A stretch of 64,000 nucleotides of DNA from the NCBI RefSeq assembly GCF_000315625.1, contig NW_005434633.1:155867-219866 (forward strand), in the 5' to 3' direction. The translations under genes were made by a program, and so were the position numbers. Origin of the DNA: Guillardia theta CCMP2712. Lineage: Eukaryota; Protista; Cryptophyta. A model generated the notes under the pieces. It did no database searches. It saw nothing but the letters and a program-made list of their open reading frames with translations, and was not told the origin of the DNA. Positions 26,491-39,223 of this stretch are shown here, piece by piece (positions within the stretch are counted from its first letter, which is position 1; each line of letters starts with the position of its first letter).

Positions 26491-27560
26491 ATGATCTCAA
26501 TCAGCGATTCTCGATCTGCAGTCAGAACAGAAGTGGTTGCTACAATCTTGCTGCTCTTTGCCATCTCTCTCGCGGCAGCAATACCCGTTGAGCTTGCAGG
26601 AGGTAAAACTTGTGAACAAACCTCGTTTCCTCCTATGAGCCGATCGCTTCCAGGCAAGAGGCACGTCAGATCCAACTCAACAGCAAACCCGCGGGTACAC
26701 ATCGCTGTTACCATCACTTGCCTCACCCGCTCTTGTCATGCGAGCAGGAGCTCAAGGTGGAACCGTTCGCATGGAAGATGTGCGGCGATCCTTCGGACCC
26801 GTTCCAGGTTGCAAGCGCGACAGTATCTCCGTAAGAGCGAGGAAAGTACTGGAGGAGGAGGATGACTGTGAATCTTCAGATGGCCGATCAGATTCAGCAA
26901 GGCCAAAGAAACCCCCATCACCATCTCTCTCGATGGCTACCTCAACACTAGTGTCGGTACTAGTGACTTGGTTTCTACCTTGTGCGCTGACGAGCTTGAA
27001 GTGTCCGGCACCCTTGAGCTCGGGATAAAGAAGAAGCTGCCGTATGTTGAGGTCTGGGTAAGTCGGAGCGCAAACGTGGGTGAGAGCAACAGCGCTGAAG
27101 TCTCAACGTGCAGGAAAAGATTCCGTGCATCGAGGGATACGGATCCTGTGTTTACGACCTGTAATCGAGATGGTGTTTGTGTTTGCAATGATGACCTTTC
27201 TCTATCGCAGCTGCTCTACACTACAGAATGTCTTCGGAGTCTGTGACGTATGGTTCACTGAGCATGGGCTCCCCTGCGAATGTCCCTTTAACCCCCAGGC
27301 AAGATTCAGCTCTTCCTTCTCCTCTCTCCTCATGCTCAGCGCAGTCATTCACCGTCTTGCCATCGACTCTCAACCTTCCTGAAGCCGGACCAGACGTACC
27401 TGCATGGCTGTTCGATGGAGACTTCCAGATCGAGGCTCGCTTTCTCCTGAATGAGCTGGACCCTCAGCTGACAGAGTTCCAGGTCATCATAAGAGACTCG
27501 GACGGCAACCGGGTGGCGTGTGGGTGGGTACAGCTTTCTCTGCTGATTGTGAATAATTGA
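26491..27560 (+). CDS. GM2-activator-like ML-domain lipid-binding protein (secreted or lysosomal)
   Basis: Signal-like VVATILLLFAISLAAAIP; LELGIKKKLPYVEVW; HGLPCECPFNPQ|SFTVLPSTLNLP...VPAWLFDGDFQIE|VIIRDSDGNRVACGWVQLSL parallels the GM2A motif GLPCHCPF...LPSWLTTGNY...KRLGC. Confidence 0.78.
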
Positions 27561-27929
27561 TCATCATGGCATCCTTGTCTATGTTCTATATGTATTCCTC
27601 ATATATCCCTGCAAACGTTGATCCCTCTCATCCATCTCCTCCTACGCATCAACCAGTGTGTCACCCATGTAGCTCCCGACAAGACTCGCTGCCCGTGGGG
27701 TCATGCGTGCACATGCGAGACTCGCTATGAGACATGCAAGGTCGATGATCGAAGAGCTTTACTACCCATCCGACGTATACTCGGTATGCTAGCTGCTGCT
27801 TGATCCGCCTCACTCGATCAGCTTCGTCATTCATCTATGCTCGCAAATACACAAAACACTTACACACACACCTATGTACACATACACACCAGCAAGCAAG
27901 CACGCCATCCCTCCCCCTACCCCCCTCCT

Positions 27930-28148
27930 CTACCGCCTCAGCCCCAGCGCTCCTAGCACCGCCCGGCTCATGTGCCGGCGACACTCGAGCTGCACGCTCA
28001 CGGGATCAGCCAGGGGCTTGCGAGAGGCGGCGGGGACGATGCGATGGGCGAGGAGGTCGCGCTGGGCGGCGAGCTTGGCGTCGACGAGGGAGGAGGTCGA
28101 GGCGGCGGAGGAGGCAGAGGAGGGAGTACGGGAGGAGAAGGAGGGCAT
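27930..28148 (-). CDS. 72-aa small basic protein, copy A (intronless)
   Basis: gccATG start, TATA-like CTATATAAG ~130 bp upstream (28279-28287 on the minus strand), and conservation with copy B. Confidence 0.6.
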   Translation of the reverse strand: MPSFSSRTPSSASSAASTSSLVDAKLAAQRDLLAHRIVPAASRKPLADPVSVQLECRRHMSRAVLGALGLRR

Positions 28149-28937
28149 GGCAGGAGGCTGAGACAGGGGCGGACTGGACGGAAGGAGGGAGGTCGTGCAA
28201 CGACAGGACGGCAGGGCGCGGGAGAAGGCTGTAAGAGAAGAGAGGTCGGTAGCGAGGGAGGGAGGACGGAGGGAGGGGCTTATATAGGAGGAGAGGGAGG
28301 CGGAGGGAGACGGTTGCTGTTGACCACGCAGATGCTGACGGAGGACAGGAGGGCTTGAAATGACGAGGCTTGGAGCCGCCAGCCGGCAGCCCTTACGTCA
28401 CCCTGTAGTAACGTAGGTCTGAGGGGATAGGAGATCAGAGGGGTCAAGATAGAAGATCGGGTGGTTCCGCCCGCCGTCAGCTAGTCGTCCGCCTGTGTCG
28501 GAGATCGCGGGAGATCGGGGGCCTGGTGTAAAGAGCCCCCTCCTTATCTGCACAGGGGGTCAGTACACAGACGGTATCACTGGAGGGGTGGGGGTTTCCT
28601 ATCCGTACGGTCTACCGCCAGTAGTAGATGCCTCGCAGATGTCCGTGCTAGTCAAAACTACGACAAGCTCCCGTTGCTCAAGGTGACGTTGCTGGGGGGC
28701 CGAAGGCTCGTCATTTCACGGCCTCCTGTCCTCCTTTTTTTCTCCAACACGGACAAGCCCGAAGACAAACTTCAACCGACTCGATGCGCCTCCCTCCGTC
28801 CTCCCCGCTTACGCTATATCAGCCCCCCTCCTCCCTCCCTGCTCTACCGCGCCCTGCCGTCCTGTCGTTGCACGACCTCCCTCCTCCCGTCCCTGCCTGC
28901 CCGGTCTCCTAGTCCGCCCCTGTCTCAGCCTCCCGCC

Positions 28938-29156
28938 ATGCCCTCCTTCTCCTCCCGTACTCCCTCCTCTGCCTCCTCTGCCGCCTCGATCTCCTCCCTC
29001 GTCGACGCCAAGCTCGCCGCCCAGCGCGACCTCCTCGCCCATCGCATCGTCCCCGCCGCCTCTCGCAAGCCCCTGGCTGATCCCGTGAGCGTGCAGCTCG
29101 AGTGTCGCCGGCACATGAGCCGGGCGGTGCTAGGAGCGCTGGGGCTGAGGCGGTAG
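28938..29156 (+). CDS. 72-aa small basic protein, copy B (intronless)
   Basis: gccATG at 28938, gcTATATc at ~28814. Differs from copy A by T18I and one synonymous change. Confidence 0.6.
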   Translation: MPSFSSRTPSSASSAASISSLVDAKLAAQRDLLAHRIVPAASRKPLADPVSVQLECRRHMSRAVLGALGLRR

Positions 29157-29878
29157 AGGAGGGGGGGTAGGAGGAGGGATGGTGTGCTTGCTTGCTGGTG
29201 TGTCGGTGTACATAGGTGTGTGTGTGAGAGCGAGTGATTTGTGTATGAGCGTGTATACGCGTGCGCGAGAGCAGAGAGAGGAAGGAGTGGTTTTGTACAG
29301 GTAGCTTTCTGTCATCGCAATAAATGAGAAACACGATTATGTGCTTGGATCTCTGCCTTGGCTCATCATAGCTGATCACCTGACTGCAAGCGCAGACGTG
29401 TGAAAGCATGGGTGTGGGGATCGGATGTCGATGATGAGGCTTTGATGAGGGATGGTTGTGATAGCTGACGATGGATCGAAGTCGAGCACGAGCGTACACA
29501 GAACAGCTGCTGACGTTCTGCAGCAACTTATCGGGCACATCGGTGCGAGATGAGTTTCAAACCTGGTATGCTTTCTTTACTATCTGTTTACTATTTCCTT
29601 TGATAATGATCTTTCTGCCCTGTAAAAAATACCAATATAGATCTGAGGCAGGCTTGATATCAATCGCACAGCAAGAAAAATGGCGGGAGAGCGAATCAGG
29701 GCCAAGGAAAGGAGAGGGGGGGGAGGGGAGAGGGCAAGAGGAGACGAGAAGAGCAGATGGAAAGGGAAGAATCTTATGCTGTGGGGAGGAGCAGTGAATG
29801 TCTGATGTTCGAGTGCGGTAAGATGAAAGTCCCTAGAACTCAAATCGACATCTAGTCTGTCGGAAGCAAGGTTGAGCT

Positions 29879-32800
29879 ATGTCTCACGACGAAGGCGGAC
29901 AGCCAGGTGAGGAGGGTCCTAGGGAGCAGGAGGAGCTCGATGATCGCGAAGACTTGCAGGAGCAGAACTCTCTGACACATCAGGATGGGGAATCGGATGA
30001 CTCGTTCCAGGAATACGTAGACGAATTTGCTGGGAAACTTTCGAATCTACTGAATGATCCGAATCATTGTTTGTATGACGATTGGACATCCCCGGCATGT
30101 GTGAGACATGCGCTGATCATGCTTGGGTTCTCCTTGGACGACGATCATATCCGAAATGTACTGCTGTCTTGTTGCGAGTCAAGCATGGCCGATACTATGA
30201 ACATGTTCGATGAAGTTTTCAGACCCTTCATGCAGCGAGTGGAGGATGCAGAGAACTCTTTTGTCTGGAGGGACTTGCGAGTGCATGCAGTTTACAGCGA
30301 TTCTGAGGTTGACTCTGACAGTCAACAGGAGAGCCAGGTGTACCCACTTTCTTTGGTGGAACCCAGCCGGGGTTTGATTTGGAGCAAGTTTGAGACTTAC
30401 TTCCGAAGAGATGTTGTTCTTGAGCACCTGCAAGATATTGTCGAGCTGGTGGCGATTGAGAGCATGACCGTCTCAAGAAGTTTTGGAGATGGCGAAGCTT
30501 CAATGGAAGAGGAGAGGTTTGCAAGTGAAATCGAACTTGAAGAGAAAGTGGAGTCTCTGGCGGAAGTCGAGAGGAAGTGGGAATTGCTTGCTAAGGGAGG
30601 GGAGGACAGTCTCATGGAGATCGGGAGGCTTCTGGTTTCCTGCGGGTTTCATTCATACATGCCGAGCTATCACGAGATGAGGCGATCGGGGCTTCGGCTT
30701 GCTGCTTCAGCAGTCCGAGACATTCATGGCGGACTGTGCCAGACAGCGTCGAAACTTTTCTTCCTGAGGGACAAGCTCCCGTTGTCAAGGAACTTTTCGT
30801 TCTACCCTCAGCCCAGGAGCGTTGTAGATGCGAAGACAAAGGAGTGCTATTGGAGCGACGGTGATGAAATTGAGGGGTTGCACCAGATTTTCTCGTCCTC
30901 CTCCCGGAACAAACTCGGCCGATGGGTTTTCAATGGCAACGAAGTCCGATGCGTCTTTGACCCGGCGCAGTTTAAAGACCTCAAGGACGTTCTAGTCTCG
31001 TACGAGATCATGGCGGAGGAGCTGCATGCGGTGAAGGAAGGCTTCCTGCCGATGTACAGCGAGTGGAGGAGATACCAGTTTGAGAGCGTGGGAGGAGCCA
31101 TCCTGACTTGCCATGGCGGCATGCATGAAGTTTGCAGGAGCCTGCGGCTGAAAGGGCCGTGGGAGAGAACGCAGGAGGTCCGACGAAGAGCAAGGAGACG
31201 CGAGAGAGTGTCAACAAGGAACTGGTTTGACATCCTACATGCTGTCTATGAGCTAGTGGACGAGTCGGAAGATCCGACTTTGATGCCGTCATTGAAGACC
31301 TTGAAAGAGGAGGGATACAGGGAAATCTCCGCAGCTCTTTCCAACCGCAGCATGCTCGCGGCGTTTCCAGGTCGTCGGCAGCTGCACTCCCATGCTCCGA
31401 GCGGGAGAGAGCTTGCAGCTAAACACCTGCGACTTCGAATCAAGGAGGAGGAATCAAGTCGAATGCAAGACGACTTCTTCTCCGTTGACTTCAACGTCAT
31501 TCGGCAGACGGCCTTGTTTGCAGATACAGACTTTCTAAGGCATACCATCGCCATGATCGCGCAAGATTCGAACCAGAGCGCGGTAGAGGACGACTCAGTG
31601 AATACGACGCTGTTCATTCCCAGTTACCGCGAACTTTACGAGAGGAATTTCTTCCATCTTGCCGAGCACATTCGTCGAAGGAAGGGAGGGATGTTGAGTC
31701 TTATCGACCTCTGGGATCGCCGATCCAACGCAGCACGAGGCTCTGTGACCAGTCGGCATCGGCAAGAGCGAAACCTTGTACAGCCGTCGGTAACAAAGCA
31801 ACCTACCAGCCAGGTAAATGGAATAGTGCAGACGTTGTTGAGAATTTATGTCTGAGTGCCGTACCACAATCTCTCTTGCGCAAAAGTCCCTTGTTTGTTG
31901 TCTCGGACATGTCATGTTTCTGTACAAGTCAAAGAGACATGAGAGTATGTGTGGGTGTGAAAGTGACGTTGCAATCAGGACAACGAACTCGCCTCAGCAG
32001 TGCAGGCTGGGCTGCTCTCATTGGATGACGTGTCAAGACTAGAGCAAGAGCGGCAGGGAGGCAGAGGAGCGTCAGAGGAGGAGCAGACGCTCAGGTTACC
32101 TTATGTCTTCAAGGTGCTTGACGCAGGGCCGAGGAGGAGAAGGAGAGCAGATGAGGAGATGGGTACATGGCGGCTGTCATGGTACCTTGAGGAGACCTGG
32201 GTGGTGATAAGAGCGATAGAGGACCTCTCCTTCGAGCTGCGAACTTTGGATCGCCTGCCAACTTATGCAGAGATGCGGGATCACGGGTGGGGAGATCTTG
32301 CTGACCACATTCTCCGCACGCGCCACCGATCGGACTGTCCGAGGTCAGGGAGTTTTGATGATGTTGACTACGCACGAGAGTCTTGCTACTGCGTGCAGCT
32401 CATGTTGACTGACAAGCTGAGGCTTCTGGCTGTGAACGAGCAGATGTCGCTGGCTAAGGAGGGAGTGGTGACCGAGCAGGAGGTTTTGGAGAGTTCAAAC
32501 ATGCAGAAGGTCCAACAGAAACTTGAGCAGATGGCCAAAGTTCAGCTGGAGCTGAAGTCACTCAATCGCGATTACATGCCTGTAGACTACGTCACAGCAA
32601 ACAGAAGGCATCACTTCGTGTCTGAGACGCAGGAACATCTCCAAGAGCTCATCAAAAAACTAGAAGCGGACAAGAACGGGCTAGTCAATATCTGTGACTT
32701 CGTCCACATCACGAATTGGGACGAGACTTGGATCAAGACTCTCAGCAAGTACAAGCTGTCGATGAAGCGAACTCTGAGACTGCTGGGGTATGAACCTCAC

Positions 32801-35297
32801 GGGGACTACTCCTTCTCCTACGTGAAGCAGCAGGTCAGCAAACTTGACCTAGAGGCTGCCCTGCTGCGAGGTCAGAACCTTGATCCCTCCTGGTGGGCGA
32901 CGCAACTCGAGAGCTCGAAGCAGACAGTGCTGAAGGAAGACGCCAAGGCCCTCGCGATCTCAGCGCTCGCTCCTCGCCTGCGCGGGATGTCGCACGTGGC
33001 CAACCTGGCGACCCCCTTCTCATGGCGAGAGTTTCTATTGGAGATCTTCTTCAAAGTTGACAGCAGGGGGGTGGGGAGGATCTCGAGCAGGGACGTTCAC
33101 TACGGCCTGCGGCAAGTCGGGGTTTCAGTCTCGCAGTTCGAGGCGGAGAAGATGGTCGAGGCTTGTGGACCTGTTCATGGCCTTGTCGACTCCGCTTCCT
33201 TCCTGCGGGTCGTCCTGTCTGACCTCAAGCCTCGCCTCCAGCAGCTGTCCAGCTCTCAACATCCCCGCGAGAGCAATAGAGTCCAGCTGGCCTCCGGGCT
33301 GGACCTTTGGTCGTTTGCCATCGAGAAACTTTGGACTCTGGAGCAGAACGGGAGGGGAATGAACTCAGGTGTCCTCCCAGACATTATAAGGATGCAGAAG
33401 CAGGCCATTCCTCTGGACATTCCGGTCAAGATCCCCCTCGTACATCACCTTGTCACCAGCTCCCAACCCTCTCACTCCGTCACCGACAAGATTGAAGTCG
33501 TCTTCTGTCTCGACGGCACAGAGGTCCTCTCGTCCTCCTCGTGGAACTCAACTCGCAAGCTCATCTTGGATTGTCTGCTGCGCATGGGGATCCAGAGCAC
33601 AGGGAACGTTCGATGCGGATTTGTCCAGTCGCACGACTTCCTGTCCATCACGCATGCCATCAACATCGAGCTCGACGAGGTTAGAAACGCAATGAAAGAA
33701 TGCGACGTGAAGGACCTCGTGCGAACCTGCTACACGGGCGACAACTTAGACTTTGAGGTCTTTCAGAACTACCAGCGATCCTTGCGTTACAGGGGACAGC
33801 TCAAGTTCTCCTTCCAGAGACACACAGGAGAGTTTGCCAGCCCCCTCGCGTCTTCCTTCCGAGAGGGCCTTCAGCTGATGTTCGAGCACGACAGGACTAT
33901 GGTCCACTTTGACAACCCCGCGTCAACGCACAAGATCGTGCTAGTGAGCTGCTGCGAGTCCATCTTCTCCGGAGGAGTCGGAACTTCGCTGCTGACGGAG
34001 ATGACGCGCTGCAAGGGGCTGGGGATCGAGCTGTACATAGCAACGTTGCCCTGTGATGCGCGGAGGGAGGAAGAGATCAGACAGATCGTGTCCTCGCCTT
34101 CCTCCTCTCACTTCTTCACTCTCTCCCACTCTGACGTGGCGTCTGATGACGTGGGTCTAAATGAGTGGGACGCGCTAGTCCGCAATGTGGAGGAGCTTGT
34201 GGATGGGACTGACAGGATGAGGCACTGCCCGAGCCTGATCGGGCTGAAGAGGATGGGGATGAGGGAGGTCGCCAACAAGATTCAGAGGCTTTCGAGCATG
34301 TTGGACGTGCGTTACAGGGAGGACAGATCTCTCGTGATCCCTCAGTTCGAGAGCGGGTTGGAGCTGATCAGCCAAGAGTTGGGGCTACTCGCACCCACCA
34401 CCAAGTTCGCGTATGGAGGGGATGGGAGGGAAGGAGGAGGAGACGCGGGTAGCGACTTTCGACGGGAAGGAGAGGAGAGGTCGCACGTCGCAGGCCATGG
34501 CAAAGGCTACGAGCAGGAGAAGGAGATGTCAAGTGTGGCAACGAGGGTAAGGGAAGGAAGTTGTGCTTGCGGTCTGACTGATACACGTGCAGAGGAGGAG
34601 AGACTTGCAAGAGATGGAGATGGCCGTGGAATGTGGCCTGCTACCGGCGGAGGTTCTGAAGAAGGAGAAGACTCTAGAGTTCACGGCCGAAGATCTGGAA
34701 GTCGACGAAATCCTGAGGGCCAAGGGCAGCAAGGAGGAGCCAAGGCAAGAGGAGGACTCCAGCAAACCTGCGAGGAGAAAAAAAGACGTCAAGAGGGCAG
34801 AGGACGAAGGGAAGGGAGGGGGGGCGGAGGTGGCGAAGACAAGAATCGCCATCGCACCCCTTGACATCAAGTCGACTCCCATCTTCTCGAAGCCCAATTC
34901 AGCCTTGTCTCGCCATCGAGCGATACCCCGGAGCAACACGGGCTGCCTGCCAGCCTCACAGGGCTGTCGATCATACAACGGGGCGTTGTTCCTGGCGAGC
35001 AACGCTGCTGAGCTAGTGTTCCAACAGGGGCTGCGATCTGAATCTTATGTGGAGCGACAGAGTTTGTCGTTAGAAGCCATCCATAAGATCATGCGGCTGA
35101 TGGCAGGGAGGCCAGACAAGACACACATGATGCGATTGGGAGAGGTGATGCTGATGAGTTGAGCTGCTGCGGAGTATTGTCATGGTGGTGGTGGTGATGA
35201 CGATGACGACGATGATGTTGATGATGACGGACGATGATGACGATGACGACAACGATGATGACGATGACGACAACGATGATGATGATGATGATGATGA

Positions 35298-35342
<45 letters not shown>

Positions 35343-35985
35343 TGATGATGATGATGATGATGATGATGATAGAGGTGAAGGTGATTGAGATGATGATTAC
35401 TTTGGCAGAATGAGGACGACATCCGAGTGACAAGACTTCTGCCAACAAGTGCTGTCTTGGTCGGCGCAGGCCTGCATGATGTTGTCGCATGTGTGGAGAA
35501 ACTTTGTGAAGACAAGGATGAGGGCTGGCAGCTTCTGTCAAGACAGAGTGATCCCTTCGACGTCCGGTCTTGGTCCTGCCATGATGTCGCGCGTCTCATT
35601 GACAAGATGAGGGGACGTTTGATGGGTCCTGTCGATGTCTATAGGAGACTTGCGATCGTGAACAAAGTGGACGGGAAGAAGATGCTGCAACTCTCCGAGG
35701 TCTGAGCCCATTAGCCTCCCTCCCTCTATTCCCTCCCCTCCCTCCCTCTATTCCCTCCCGTCCCTCCCTTCTTTCCCTCCCGTCCCTCCCTCCCTTTCCT
35801 CCCTCCCTTCCCTTTCCTCCCTCCCTTTCCTCCCTCCCTCTCCTCCCTCTCCTCCATCCCTTTATCTATCCATCTTCGCTGTCTTGAACTTATTCCCTTA
35901 TTCTTGTCAACGCTGCAGGCTGGGCTGGCTGAAATTTTTGATATGAAGGCAACAAGCGACGCGTAAGAAACGAAGAAGTTGATGA

Positions 35986-36020
<35 letters not shown>

Positions 36021-36355
36021 CGATGATGAAGTTGATGATAGAGATGATGGTGATGGTGATGGTGATGGTGATGGTGATGGTGATGATGATGGTGATGGTG
36101 ATGACGATGATGAAAATCATGAAAATCATGATGCATTTCATGATGATGAGGAGGAGGAAGAGGATAACAACAATGACCTTGTTGCAATCATTAGAGATCA
36201 AAGAGTCTCCTGATCTCATTGTCTTCAGGCACGTGATATACAAGCGACTCTCTGCCATGAGGCGGCTGGCGGTGTGGGACAGGAGGAGACATGGGGAGGC
36301 GTCGAGATGCTACTGGCCGAGGGACTTGAAGCTCGCGGGACACGAACCCTCCTGA
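29879..36355 (+). CDS. Very large multidomain protein: ~6 helical P(S/T)xxE repeats, EF-hand-like pair, vWA-like domain, C-terminal SAM-like domain
   Basis: ORFs 29879-31855 and 32000-34864 join in phase through intron 31814-32005 (gt...tgcag). vWA: IEVVFCLDGTE...VRCGFVQ...KIVLVS...GIELYIATL. EF-like: IFFKVDSRGVGRISSRD. SAM-like: VRSWSCHDVARLI...NKVDGKKMLQLSE|SLEI. Confidence 0.65.
35182..35400 (+). repeat. (GAT/GAC)n microsatellite, probably intronic
   Basis: Long GAT/GAC array ending just before a ttttggcag acceptor. Similar arrays at 3985-4095, 35985-36150 and 39160-39270. Confidence 0.9.
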
Positions 36356-37137
36356 TCTACTGCTCCGCTCGTCACGTACACTTGTCCTTCTCATTCATCA
36401 ACATCGGCAGCGCCTCCCTGCCTGATATTATGTCAATTACATTCTCTCTCGATTCATCTCGGACTGTCTCCAGGTGTTGCAGATGAACCTTGTGTGTCTT
36501 GTATTTCTTCTTTCTCTCCTCCTCCTCCTCCTCCTCCTCCTCCTCTTTTCTTTTTCTCTTCGTCTTCTTTTCTTGTCTTATATCTTCTTCTCCTCTCTCT
36601 TCTTCTTGTCTGATACTTCTCGTCTTTTTCTCTTTCCTTCTCGTTTCCTTGCTTGACTCTCTTTGGAAGCTTGTTCTGTTACCCTCTTGGTCATTAGCAT
36701 TTATTCTTTTTTGTCTTTCTCGTTTTTGTTTTCAATTATGAAAAGAATCTAAAAATGATCCACAATATTTCAACTACCAATGTTCTCCACCCCCGTCCTT
36801 CCCACCCTCAATTAGGAAAATGTGCTGTATTTCAGACAGAGCAGATTTGAAATTACCTTCTTCTGAACAAGCATTTTCCGCAGAGGAGGTTCTGTGCATT
36901 CTTTCAAACGTGATGGGAAGAAAAGATGGCTGGCTGTCATGTCTTCATATCTGTCAAGTAAAAGCTGTATGTTGTTCTACAGATGCTTGCTGCATCACTA
37001 CTGTGCATTACAGGAGACATGACAGAAGCCTTTACTGCGTTCAAGTACAACAAGAAAGAGGAAAAAGAGAACAAAAGAATATGATGAGATGCTACAGGCC
37101 TAGAAGTCAAGATCCATGTGGGTGGCGGCATAACTGA

Positions 37138-38115
37138 TCAGCTGGGCATGCTGCTCGTGAAGGTATCTGCCGCCAAAGGAGTGGGAGGAGTCGGTGGAGT
37201 CGGAAGAGTTCTGCAAGCTCGAGAGTCAGGGGAAGGGGTGCGGGTAGGACAGGCTGTCACCTCGTCATGCTCAGTAAGCAGCTCGATACCAGCTGAGGGC
37301 ATGACGGCAGGGGTGGTATGGCTGGCGTCCCCTTGGGGACCCTGAGGGCTCGAGAGTCAGTGACAGAATATGGAGGGAGGGAGCAGATGAGATGAGGGAG
37401 ATAGAGGGAGAATGTTGGAAGGGAGATGAAGGAGGAGAGAGGGGAGGAGGGAGGAAGAGAAGGGAAAGAAGTATTGGAGGTGAGATAAAGAATGAGGGGG
37501 AGGAGGGTGGGGAAGAGGAGGGATTCTTCAAGAAGTGTCTTACGTTGACAGTCGCGAGATTCTTGAAGGCAGAAGGCTGAGCAGGGCCCATGGTCATTGT
37601 TGATCCTACGTACTCCCAGTGTTTCTTCTTCTGCTCAGTCTCCTGCTTGTCCATGTTTGCTATCAGCTCTTCGATCTCTGCTATCAACGGCTGAACCTGC
37701 ACACGTGACCCAGTCAGCACGTCAACCACCGCCAATGACGTCATCAGAGGGCTCGTCTCACCGCGTAAAACTCTGCTTCGACAAGCATCGACTGCAACTT
37801 GGACTTGTTGGTCTTGTCGATGGCCAGGTGCGTGCACTGGGACCTCAGGTAGTTGAGGACGTAGCTGAAGAGTTTTGCTGCCAGCCATGTCAGCAACTTC
37901 ATCTGCTCGTTCCCTACCGGCTCACGGTCTCTATCGATGAACAAGTTCCCCTTAGCGTCCCTCTGCCCCCCAAAGTTCCCCCCGATCAAGACGGAGAAGA
38001 AAGAGGGCCCGGCTGCCTCCAAAGTCTCCCGGGAGGTAGAGAAGAACTGTCCTCCGACATTCAGCTGAATAATCTTGTTGGCGCTCGATCCCTCCGCATC
38101 TGCTACTGTATACAT
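37138..38115 (-). CDS. BTB/POZ (KCTD, potassium-channel tetramerisation type) domain protein
   Basis: IIQLNVGGQFFSTSRETLEAAGPSFFSVL...GNLFIDRD|...LFSYVLNYLR...LVEAEFYA|VQPLI. Confidence 0.85.
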
Positions 38116-39182
38116 TGACGAGAAGTGCCCTCTTGTTGTGAGTTGTTGGATAAACTGAGAACATCAGTCAGAAACAATGATGAAGGAAAAGTTGATTGCA
38201 AAAATGTATGAAAACATAATTAAGTACGAGATAACATCTCTCAGCGCGTGCGATGGTCTAACACAAGTATGCGATCGAAGATCAGAGGATTACAGAATAA
38301 GATCTTTTGTAGGAAACGAGGAAATGAGGAAATAAAATCATCGACGAATGAAAAGGCGATAGCATAACGATGTGGAGGAATGCAGAATGAGGTCGTAAGG
38401 TCGGAAAGACAATGGTCGCTGATACCAAAGAGATGACATAGAGAACGCAACTCGGTGAAAGAGAAGAAGAAACACACAAGGAAAGAGCAAGGAAAAGGAG
38501 AAGAAGATAAGAAAAGAATTTGGAACGAAGCATGAGCAGGAAGGGAGCTAAGGACCAGGACGGAGCGAGCAAAAACTGAGAGAAGCATAAAGTTGGCAAG
38601 GAAAGGATGACGATGACCAGGAAGGGAGGGGAGGAGGGGAGAGCAGGAGAAGAAGACATGGAAGAGGGAGGGAGGGAGGGAAGGAGGGAGGGAGGGAGGG
38701 AGAGGGGGAGGAGGAGGGAGGGAGAGAAGAATTCTAGCATACACACGCCTCTCACACGCCTCATCCGTTCGAATTCGAATTATTTCAGTTCGGTACCCCC
38801 AGTATGAGTACCCTACCCTAATTTGAAAGGGTATATCTTTTATGACCCCATCATGTATAAAGAAAAAAGGGGGTTTAAATTGTAACAAGATCACCACCGG
38901 TGGGACAATTACCCCACAACTTGATCACCCCCATCACCCTACCCCCATCAAAACAACCCACCCTGATTTTTCAACGTCTTCTGGACCCTACGAAACACGA
39001 AGATGTTTAATTGGAAGTACCCCTCTATTATCATCCTTTTTTCAGAGAAATATACCGGTACACTATACTACCCACCCTAACAAATTGAATATTCCCCCTT
39101 TTCTGAAGAGCAAAGTTTGTTTCACGTACAATGATGGATGTCATTGTTTTTTTTCGGGGGAGATGAAGATGAAGATGATGAA

Positions 39183-39223
<41 letters not shown>

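Larger units (their letters stand above)
27862..29226. repeat. Large inverted repeat: left arm ~27862-28412, right arm ~28671-29226, spacer ~260 bp
   Basis: The right arm reverse-complements the left arm. The match is near-perfect over ORF and 3' flank, with patchy similarity and indels in the inner promoter part. Confidence 0.92.

Noticed and set aside
27972-28358. Gly-rich ORF MPATLELHAHG... and its mirror at 28809-29114
   Set aside because: Antisense to the 72-aa ORFs. The two copies diverge in frame and length outside the shared part, and TATA/Kozak context favours the other strand.
35070-36258. Poly-His, poly-Asp, poly-Met and poly-Ile ORFs
   Set aside because: Translations of intronic (GAT)n microsatellites. 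The same applies at 1-130, 3985-4095 and 39160-39270.
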